Below are positions 9,231-16,880 of a DNA stretch of 56,332 nt, piece by piece. How positions within the stretch are numbered: the first letter of the stretch is position 1; each line of letters opens with the position of its first letter. The notes under the pieces were generated by a model that ran no database searches, was not told the DNA's origin, and was given only the letters and a program-made list of their open reading frames with translations. Source of the stretch: Lentisphaeria bacterium (GTDB lineage: Bacteria; Verrucomicrobiota; Lentisphaeria; JABSQK01; JAWLHB01); the NCBI GenBank assembly GCA_041690595.1, contig JAWLHB010000003.1, positions 248,001-304,332 of the forward strand, given 5' to 3'. The position numbers were made by a program, and so were the translations under genes.

Positions 9231-10276
9231 AGTACCTCTACCTCACGGAAATCATGTTCCAGACCAGCGTCTGCCCTCAGCCGTTCGAGCAACCGCATGA
9301 GCGTAAGTGTTTCTTCGGGCAACACCGCGGGTGGTGAGCCCGTGCTAATCGCCTTGGCGAAATCGGCATGCACATCGATGGCGAGCGCCTCATCGACGGT
9401 CACCTCCCCTACCTGCCAGTCGAGATTGTCACTGGGGTACTGGCGCCCCGCACTGGCCAGGCAGTCCACCAGTTCCTTCCGCGGCAGAGCATGCCGATCG
9501 AACCAGCGCAGCTGCAACGTGTTGCCCAGCAGAACGATGCCGCCACTCGTCCCCCAGACGTTGAGGCGATAGGGGCTGATGGCGGAAGCCTGGCTGATGT
9601 CCAACTCGCCAATGGCACCGGCCGGTGTTTGCAGCACGATCTTCACTCCATCGTCCGTGTCGCCCAGGGTAGCGATCTGCTGCAGAACGCAGAAGGAACG
9701 CTCGATGTCGTAACCGACCAACTGCAGGAGTTGGTCGAGGCCATGGGCGCCATAGTTGTTGAGCATACCGCCACCGAATCGGCGAAGACTCTGCCAGTCA
9801 TTCCGACGCGCGAAGCTGAACATGCCGATCTGGGCGCGGCAGATGCGACCGATTCGCTCTTCGGCCAAAACCTTCATCAGGGTCTGGAAGTAGCCGGCGA
9901 GGCGATGCGGCTGGTAGACCGTCAAGACCCGCCGGCGCCGCGTGGCCTCGGCGACAATGCGCTCGGCCTCGGCGGAATTCAGGGCTATCGGCTTCTCGAG
10001 CAGGACATGCAGACCGCGCGCCAGGGCAGCCAGCGCCTGCGCCTCATGAAGATGGGTAGGCGTCGCAATGACGACGGCATCCAGTTGCGCCTGATCGAGC
10101 ATGGCCTCCATCGTCTCATAGGCCACACAGCCAAGCTCCGCCTGCGCTTCCGCCCGACGTTCGGCGGCTGGATCGACGACGGCGGTAATGGCAAAGTCCC
10201 CATGTCCGCGGAGACAATGCACGTGGAAATTCCAGCCGATTCGCCCTAATCCCACAACGCCAATTTTCACTGCCAT
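9227..10276 (-). CDS. Gfo/Idh/MocA family oxidoreductase
   Basis: MAVKIGVVGLGRIG, ATPTHLH, LLEKP, GGGMLNNYGAHGLD; AAGGAA RBS before the ATG at 10276. Confidence 0.9.
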   Translation of the reverse strand: MAVKIGVVGLGRIGWNFHVHCLRGHGDFAITAVVDPAAERRAEAQAELGCVAYETMEAMLDQAQLDAVVIATPTHLHEAQALAALARGLHVLLEKPIALNSAEAERIVAEATRRRRVLTVYQPHRLAGYFQTLMKVLAEERIGRICRAQIGMFSFARRNDWQSLRRFGGGMLNNYGAHGLDQLLQLVGYDIERSFCVLQQIATLGDTDDGVKIVLQTPAGAIGELDISQASAISPYRLNVWGTSGGIVLLGNTLQLRWFDRHALPRKELVDCLASAGRQYPSDNLDWQVGEVTVDEALAIDVHADFAKAISTGSPPAVLPEETLTLMRLLERLRADAGLEHDFREVEVL

Positions 10277-10357
10277 GACAAGTTCCTTTCGCTGATGTGC
10301 TTCGGCATTGTAGGATGGAGCAGCCAAAATACAAGGCTGACTATTCTATATTTGCTG

Positions 10358-10403
10358 TTGACGCCGCAACATTTCAGGACTACGATTGTTAAATTCGTAA
10401 TAC
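10358..10403 (+). promoter_or_regulatory. Sigma70 promoter overlapped by a NikR-like palindrome
   Basis: TTGACG (10358-63)-N17-TACGAT (10381-86); GGACTA-CGATTGTTAAATTCG-TAATAC at 10377-10403, with internal TACGA/TCGTA symmetry. Confidence 0.6.
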
Positions 10404-10431
10404 CAGCACAGCAATGGGGAGATCGAAAGCG

Positions 10432-11046
10432 ATGCATCTGGTAGATGGGATAATCAGTACGCCTGTTCTGGTGGCCGGAGCGCTGGCAAGTGCCGGGGGT
10501 ATCGCCATCGGGCTCCGTCGTATGGAAGAGGAGCAGGTACCCCAGACCGCGATCCTGGCGGCGGTTTTTTTTGTGGGCTCTCTCATCCACCTTCGCACGG
10601 GCCTGACCAGCACGCACCTGGTGCTCAATGGTCTGCTTGGCATCCTTCTGGGTTGGGCCGCCTTTCCCGCCATCGCCATCGGCCTTTTTCTGCAGTGTCT
10701 CTTCTTCGCCCATGGCGGCTTCACCACGCTCGGCGTCAATACCTTCAATATGGCGGCTCCCGCGGTACTCTGCTGGTACCTCTTCGGCCGCGGCAACGAG
10801 TGCGGCACCAATGCGGTCAGGCGAGGCTTTGCCAGCGGCTTTCTCGCGGTCCTGCTGGCGGCTCTTCTCGTGGCCTTGTCGCTGCTGGGGACAGACCCCG
10901 CTTTTGCGCTTATCGCACAAGTCACCATCCTCCATCAACTGCCTGTCATGGTGATTGAAGGGGCGATAACTGCCAGCGCCCTCAGCTTCTTGGCGCGAGT
11001 ACGGCCGCGGTTGCTGAGAGTCGCCATCGCCTCGGAAAGCTCATGA
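10432..11046 (+). CDS. cbiM: Ni/Co ECF transporter substrate component CbiM/NikM
   Basis: Metal-binding N-terminus MHLVDG; HLVLNGLLGILLGW, FAHGGFTTLGVN, IEGAIT; GGGGAG RBS. Confidence 0.9.
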   Translation: MHLVDGIISTPVLVAGALASAGGIAIGLRRMEEEQVPQTAILAAVFFVGSLIHLRTGLTSTHLVLNGLLGILLGWAAFPAIAIGLFLQCLFFAHGGFTTLGVNTFNMAAPAVLCWYLFGRGNECGTNAVRRGFASGFLAVLLAALLVALSLLGTDPAFALIAQVTILHQLPVMVIEGAITASALSFLARVRPRLLRVAIASESS

Positions 11047-11642
11047 CGCATGTTTTCCAGCGCCTCCCCCTGATCCTCCTTTGCCTGGCGGGAACCATCA
11101 TGGGGGTCGTTACCGATGCCGACGCGCATCGCCTGCGCCTTTTTGCCATGGTTGAAGGGGAGGAGCTGGTCGGCTATGCCTATTTCCCGGGTGGAGGACG
11201 AGCCGCCAACTTGACCCTGCATATCCTAGGGCCGGACGACGAGCTGCTGGCGAAGATGACGACCGACACGGAGGGCGCCTTCACCTACCATGCCGGCAAG
11301 CGCGCCGACCACCTCATTCGGGTCATTACCGCCGACGGCCATCAGGCGGAGTGTCTCATTCCGGCCGCGGATCTGCCGGAGTCTCTTCCAGGGCCGGCAC
11401 TTTCCAGCGCGCCATCCGCTGCCGTCTCACCGGAACCTATCCGATCCTCAGCCGCAATGGAGCTTGACCATTCCATCGCCCGACAGCTTCGGCCGCTGCG
11501 GGAAGAGATCGACCAGTTGAAGGAGCAGATCTGGTTGCGTGACATCCTTGGCGGAATCGGCTACATCTTCGGCATCATGGGGATCATCCTGTACCGCAAG
11601 TCACGGCTCCGGCGTCGGGGCGAACCGCCGCCCCCGGGTTAA
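11043..11642 (+). CDS. Ni/Co ECF accessory protein (CbiL/NikL-like)
   Basis: Signal peptide ending ADA-H; HRLRLFA...GYAYFPGG, DGH, C-terminal TM RDILGGIGYIFGIMG; ATGA overlap with cbiM. Confidence 0.75.
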   Translation: MTHVFQRLPLILLCLAGTIMGVVTDADAHRLRLFAMVEGEELVGYAYFPGGGRAANLTLHILGPDDELLAKMTTDTEGAFTYHAGKRADHLIRVITADGHQAECLIPAADLPESLPGPALSSAPSAAVSPEPIRSSAAMELDHSIARQLRPLREEIDQLKEQIWLRDILGGIGYIFGIMGIILYRKSRLRRRGEPPPPG

Positions 11643-11643
11643 G

Positions 11644-12393
11644 ATGGCGAACGCGAGCAGAACGGCCGTGATGCCCGCCGGAAGGCTCAGCCATATAGGC
11701 CCACTCTCGCGCCTGCTGACCGCGATCGTCCTCGCCATCCGCTTCGCGACACTGACATCTCTGACCGCGAGCCTTCTTGCCGCGGCAATGGGCGGGGCGC
11801 TGGCAATCGCGATGCGCTTGCCCACGCGACTGCTCCAGCGGCGCCTGATCAGCCTGAATCTCCTTCTCGGTCTGCTTGTCGTGCTGCTGCCGTTCACCTG
11901 GCATGGCCCCACCGACAGTGAGCTTCTGGGCCTGGGCTGGAGCCGGCAAGGCCTGCACGCCGCACTCCTCATCATCTTGAAGGCCAACGGCATCGTCCTG
12001 ACCTTCATGGCCTTGCTGACGACCATCGGCCCCGAACGGCTGGGGGCTGCGCTGCAGCAGTTGCGGTTGTCGCCGAAGCTGGTTCTCATGTTCGTGCTGT
12101 GCCTGCGCTACATCGAGGTGATCCGCATGGAGTACCAGCGGCTGCGCGTCTCCATGCGCCTGCGTGCCTTCCATCCCCGGCTCGATTGCCACACCCTGCA
12201 CACCTACGGCAACCTGATCGGCATGTTGCTGGTGCGCAGCCACATCCGCTCCGAACGCGTGCTTCAGGCCATGAGGTGCAGGGGCTTCAATGGAAAATTT
12301 CCCACCGCGCTCACCACTCCCTGGAGCCGAATTGATTCTTTTGTCTTGACTTCCGCGTGCCTGCTGGTCATCTTCATCAGTATTGTTCATTGA
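11644..12393 (+). CDS. cbiQ: ECF transmembrane T component CbiQ/NikQ
   Basis: LRYIEVI...SMRLRAF and GMLLVRS...SERVLQAMRCRGF coupling motifs; starts 1 nt after the preceding stop. Confidence 0.88.
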   Translation: MANASRTAVMPAGRLSHIGPLSRLLTAIVLAIRFATLTSLTASLLAAAMGGALAIAMRLPTRLLQRRLISLNLLLGLLVVLLPFTWHGPTDSELLGLGWSRQGLHAALLIILKANGIVLTFMALLTTIGPERLGAALQQLRLSPKLVLMFVLCLRYIEVIRMEYQRLRVSMRLRAFHPRLDCHTLHTYGNLIGMLLVRSHIRSERVLQAMRCRGFNGKFPTALTTPWSRIDSFVLTSACLLVIFISIVH

Positions 12394-12410
12394 ACCAATT
12401 GAAGGTGTCC

Positions 12411-13619
12411 ATGACCTCTTTTGCATTGACGAACTGTACGCTCTGGATTGGCGACGGCAGACTCATGCCGGGTTCGGTCGTCGTTGACAATGGCCGCATC
12501 GATGCCGTCCTGCCGCCGTCGGACAGCCTCGATATGCCCATCGTCGACCTGCATGGCATGAGTCTCTCTCCGGGCCTGATCGACCTGATGGTACTTGGTG
12601 GCTTCAATCGCAGTATCCTGCGGGACAGTCCGCTGGAGATAGCGCGGGAGTACCTTCGCCTGGGAGTGACCAGCTGTCAGTTCTGCACCGGCAATCTGCC
12701 TTGGCCGACGCTCGACGGAATTGCCGCCACCGTCTCCCAAGTCAGGCAACTTACGAGCACGACCACCGACACGGCCAGAATACTCGGCATCTATCTGGAA
12801 GGACCATTCCAGGAGCCCAGACTCTCCGGCGCTAATCTGCGCCACTACACGCTGGAGCCATCGCCCGACCAGGTGAACCACGTCCTGGAAACGATGGGTG
12901 ACATCGTGACCATGGTGAACATCTCGCCAGGTATTCCAGATGACGCGAGCGCCGTTGCCCAGCTCCGGGAAGCAGGGATCGTTGTTTCGATGGCTCATTC
13001 GGATGCCCCGTCGGAGCGTGTACTGGGCTGTCTCGAAGCCGGTACTACGGTCCTCGGCCATTGCTGGGATAACAATGCGGGCCGCATTGGCGATTCCGGC
13101 GTGCAGCAACCCACCCTCGAACATGTGGCGCTGCTCGACGAGCGCCTTCGTTTCATCCACCTGATCGCCGATGGGCAGCACGCGCACCCACTCATGGTGC
13201 GCCTGGTCTTGCGCTGCCGCGGCGTCGAATCGATCTGCCTGGTCACCGATGCGGTGATACGCGCCGGCTGTCCAGATGGCCCCTACACGACAGATGACGG
13301 GCGCACCTTCCGGAAGGAAAATGGTGTCGGGCGCACGGATGAAGGCTGGTTGTGCGGCAGCGCGCTGCTCCTGCCGGATATGTTTCGTAATTTCATTCGC
13401 TTCACGGGTCTGCCCCCCGAGTTGGCGATCCAGACCGTTACCCGTAATCCTGCCGCTTCCCTTGGGCTCGAGTCAGAATTGGGGATTCTCGCCCCCGGTG
13501 CAGCCGCTGACTTCGTCGCCTGGGATGACAACCTGCGGATCCGGCGGGTCTGGAGAGGCGGCCATGAAATAGCTGATCCATCGACTTATCAGGAAATCAA
13601 CACCAAGGAGATACCATGA
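12411..13619 (+). CDS. NagA-like amidohydrolase (N-acetylhexosamine-phosphate deacetylase family, divergent)
   Basis: PGLID, YLEGPF, AHSDA, IADGQH, LVTDA, LCGS, NPA, G.LAPGAAADFV. Confidence 0.8.
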   Translation: MTSFALTNCTLWIGDGRLMPGSVVVDNGRIDAVLPPSDSLDMPIVDLHGMSLSPGLIDLMVLGGFNRSILRDSPLEIAREYLRLGVTSCQFCTGNLPWPTLDGIAATVSQVRQLTSTTTDTARILGIYLEGPFQEPRLSGANLRHYTLEPSPDQVNHVLETMGDIVTMVNISPGIPDDASAVAQLREAGIVVSMAHSDAPSERVLGCLEAGTTVLGHCWDNNAGRIGDSGVQQPTLEHVALLDERLRFIHLIADGQHAHPLMVRLVLRCRGVESICLVTDAVIRAGCPDGPYTTDDGRTFRKENGVGRTDEGWLCGSALLLPDMFRNFIRFTGLPPELAIQTVTRNPAASLGLESELGILAPGAAADFVAWDDNLRIRRVWRGGHEIADPSTYQEINTKEIP

Positions 13620-16600
13620 GAGTTCGTCACTACCTAGCCGTCTCGATGAGCATCCTGTGCCTGATCGCGCTGAAAGCCGCGGATTTGAACCCCCTGCCCG
13701 AGCAATTCCTGCTGCTTCCCGCTCCAGCGGATCTGGTGATCGACGGGAATCTGGCGGAATGGGATCTTGCGCGGGCGATCGACGTGGATCCCGAGCGGCT
13801 GCCACCGGAACAACTGCGCAGCAACGACTTCAACAATCCCATTGGCGGTCCGGCGGACATCAGCGCCAGGGTGATGCTCGCGTGGGACAACGAGCACCTC
13901 TATATCGCGGCACGTGTGCGAGACGATCACCTGATGGGGATCAAGCCGGTCGCCGAGCACAACATCGGGCCGGCCGGCTGGGCATGCGACAGCGTCATGC
14001 TCCAATTGAACAGCTACCGTCAGCCGCTGATCTCCAATACTCCCTACAGCCGCGTTCCGTTCATAGCGCTGCGCTATGTTGTGCCGGAGAATGGTCGTGG
14101 CCAACTCCTCGACAATGCGCGCGGCCTGTTGGATAAGGCCGATCAATACTGGAAGCTCCCGCGGAACAGCCGTCACGCCTCCCGCGAAACGGAGGATGGC
14201 TATGAGGTCGAAGCCGCGTTGACATGGGCCGATCTTGGCTTCAACCCACAGGCTGGCGAACCCCTTGCTATTTCCATTCTTCTTGGCGACATCGATCCCG
14301 ACGAGTCGCTCAACCAACTTGGCTGGCGCTTCCCCGTCGATGCGGAACGCGCCACCTTCCGCCTGGCGCATCACGAGGATGCGCTCGGTTTGATCACGCT
14401 GGGCAGCAAGGAACTGACGGCCGGCAGCCCGCAGGTCATTCGCTATCGGGTGGACGCAATAGGCGCGCCCGTGAAGGTTGTCGCCCTGCGCGCAGAGGGG
14501 CCGGAAGGGTTTTCGGTAAGCCATGGCATCGACACCGAGGTGCCTCAGGGTCAGCGACTCGAAGATGTGATTCCGCTGGGAGCCATGCCGGCGAAACCGG
14601 GGATAGTCACCGTAACGCTCGATGCCGTGATCGATGGTACGGCCCGCGCGATCGTTACCGACAGCTTCGAGATACTCCCACCCCAACCGCCTCCCCCACT
14701 GGTGGTCAATCCTCCCGGCGAGCTGCGACGCATGCCGCCCGAGCGCACCCACCACCATGCGCAGGAAGACAGACGCCTCAACAAGATCCCCTATTCCTAT
14801 ATCAAGGACCGTAGCGGCTACGAAAGATACATCCTTACCCACGTGAAGAGCGCTGTCGATGGTCGCGTGCCCGGCTCCCTCAAGGCCCAGGGAGACAAGT
14901 GGGCCGCCGAGCAGGTACTGCGTACGCTCGCGCTCTACCGTTTGACCGGCGAGCAGAAGCACGCGGACTGGACTCGCGAGCTTATCCAGTCTCAGCTCAC
15001 CTGGCTTCGCGACCAGACCAGCACGGACGAGCGGCTGTACCGCATGCGCAGCCTGGTATGGCCGCGCTACTTCACCTGGCAAAACGATCCGGAAAGCACC
15101 CTTGCGCCCGCGGATGCCGAAGCACAGTATACGGCGTTGTGGGCGGAGATCGCCGCCAATCCCCCCGAATGGCTCTTTCAGGAATGGGGGTATCACAACC
15201 GCTGCTGGCATCGTTGGGCAGACTGCAAGCTCCTGCTCCATTTCGCGGAAGCTGCCGGCAAACCCGCCGATCCGCGAATTGCCGAGTATGTTGCCTGGCA
15301 TGACGAGCATCTGGCCGGCCCCTATGGGGACAGCACCGACAACTCCGCCGGCTACAACTGGCTGCACGTCAACTACCTGCAGCAAGTCTATGCCGCCACC
15401 GGCCAACTCGACCAACTCCTGGAGCACCCCGGCCATCTTGACTGGGCCAAACGGTACCGCGACTATGTCAGCCCGGGCGGCATCTGGGCCAACTGGGGCT
15501 CCACCAGCGGCTGGGGAACCGGCGCATCCGGAGTTATTTCGGACATGGAACTCTTTGCCAGGCTTACCGGCGATGGCTCCTTCCGCTATGCGGCTCACCG
15601 CGCCGCCGAGTACCACTACAATCATTTCTGGCCGGACCACGATCAGTACCATGGGCCAAAGGATGCCGTGGCCAACAGCTTTGTCTTCGCCTGGCTGATC
15701 GCCGACGATGAGGTCGCGCCACGCGCGCCGACCGCAGGGAGCACCATCACCTGGCGCCATCGGGTAGGATTGACCTCACCGGAAGAGCGGAACAATCGCC
15801 CGGGACTCGACAGCTGGCGATTCCTCGACGAGGAGGTGCCGGACAAGGCGATGCTGAAGAGCGGAAACGATCCTTATGGACTGTGGGCCAAAGTGGAACT
15901 GCTTGACCTTGGCGGCCACTCCGGGCTGTTGCCAGGAGCGCTGCTCACCATTATGGATCAGGGATCCGTGCTCTACGCCGGGCAGGCCTATTACGAGTTG
16001 AGCCCAGATTTCAACAATATCGTATGGGTGGAAGATCTGGAGGGAGCAGCGGCCGATCCACGCCCCACCCGCGTCGAAGTACCCACCTTCGTGGACGATC
16101 CCGCCTTTACCTGGTTGCAGGTGCGTACTCAGCGCTTCTCGGGGCTCCCCATTACCAGCACCCGGGATATTATACTGGTCAAGAACGGCTTCATCGTCGT
16201 TCGTGATCGGCTTGACTTCCATGCCACGATGAAGCTCCGCCTCGGGCCGAACTGGCAGGCTCGAAATCTTGGTCCTCAGAGCGGCGCCGACTGGTTCAAC
16301 AGCTACTATGACAAGCTCTACCACACGGGGCTGGGACTCGGCCGAGGCGTCCAGGCGTGGCCCAATCCGGCATGGGACATGATGATCGCCTTCGCGCCCC
16401 GCCAAGACTGCCTGGTGAGTGTCCAGGATCGTCACGACGACAATCCATGGCGCGTCAGCCCGGTTCAACTGCGTCAGGCCTGGACGGGGATCGTTCAGGC
16501 TGGTGAGAGCCGCGCCTTTGTCAGCGTGCTTCTCCCGCATACGCCGATTTTCGATGTGACGCCAATACGCGGGCAACTGGAGTTCCTCGTCGATACCAAC

Positions 16601-16879
16601 GAGAGCCTGTTGCTGCGCCTGCCACGTCTCAACAACGCGAAGAAGCCTCTCGAAGGCAACAAGATCACGCTGCAATTGCACAATGGAGAGGGCGAACTGA
16701 CGGCCGAAGGCTGGGCCAGCGACGCGCGGATGGCCTTTTTCGAGCAGAACCTCAATGGTACCGTACGCCAGTCTGTCATGGTAGACGGCCAGACGCTCAA
16801 AGCCGCGGACGAGGAGCTTTCGGGGAAGGCGCGCAAGGCGGCGGCAGAGTCGATCTATACGCTGCCGGAAGGTGAGTAA
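13616..16879 (+). CDS. Large secreted protein: CBM9-like domain, Ig-like segment, Pro linker and heparinase II/III-like (alpha-toroid plus beta) region
   Basis: Signal peptide; IDGNLAEW...LAWDNEHLYIAARVRDD...GYEVEAAL (CBM9/DOMON-like); PPQPPPP linker; Trp/Tyr/His-rich helical region then GGH...NNIV beta region; ATGA overlap with the nagA-like gene. Confidence 0.6.
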   Translation: MRVRHYLAVSMSILCLIALKAADLNPLPEQFLLLPAPADLVIDGNLAEWDLARAIDVDPERLPPEQLRSNDFNNPIGGPADISARVMLAWDNEHLYIAARVRDDHLMGIKPVAEHNIGPAGWACDSVMLQLNSYRQPLISNTPYSRVPFIALRYVVPENGRGQLLDNARGLLDKADQYWKLPRNSRHASRETEDGYEVEAALTWADLGFNPQAGEPLAISILLGDIDPDESLNQLGWRFPVDAERATFRLAHHEDALGLITLGSKELTAGSPQVIRYRVDAIGAPVKVVALRAEGPEGFSVSHGIDTEVPQGQRLEDVIPLGAMPAKPGIVTVTLDAVIDGTARAIVTDSFEILPPQPPPPLVVNPPGELRRMPPERTHHHAQEDRRLNKIPYSYIKDRSGYERYILTHVKSAVDGRVPGSLKAQGDKWAAEQVLRTLALYRLTGEQKHADWTRELIQSQLTWLRDQTSTDERLYRMRSLVWPRYFTWQNDPESTLAPADAEAQYTALWAEIAANPPEWLFQEWGYHNRCWHRWADCKLLLHFAEAAGKPADPRIAEYVAWHDEHLAGPYGDSTDNSAGYNWLHVNYLQQVYAATGQLDQLLEHPGHLDWAKRYRDYVSPGGIWANWGSTSGWGTGASGVISDMELFARLTGDGSFRYAAHRAAEYHYNHFWPDHDQYHGPKDAVANSFVFAWLIADDEVAPRAPTAGSTITWRHRVGLTSPEERNNRPGLDSWRFLDEEVPDKAMLKSGNDPYGLWAKVELLDLGGHSGLLPGALLTIMDQGSVLYAGQAYYELSPDFNNIVWVEDLEGAAADPRPTRVEVPTFVDDPAFTWLQVRTQRFSGLPITSTRDIILVKNGFIVVRDRLDFHATMKLRLGPNWQARNLGPQSGADWFNSYYDKLYHTGLGLGRGVQAWPNPAWDMMIAFAPRQDCLVSVQDRHDDNPWRVSPVQLRQAWTGIVQAGESRAFVSVLLPHTPIFDVTPIRGQLEFLVDTNESLLLRLPRLNNAKKPLEGNKITLQLHNGEGELTAEGWASDARMAFFEQNLNGTVRQSVMVDGQTLKAADEELSGKARKAAAESIYTLPEGE

Positions 16880-16880
16880 G

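Noticed and set aside
10277..10431. Cobalamin riboswitch upstream of cbiM
   Set aside because: Region is short, no B12-box recognised, and the promoter lies only ~45 nt from the start codon.
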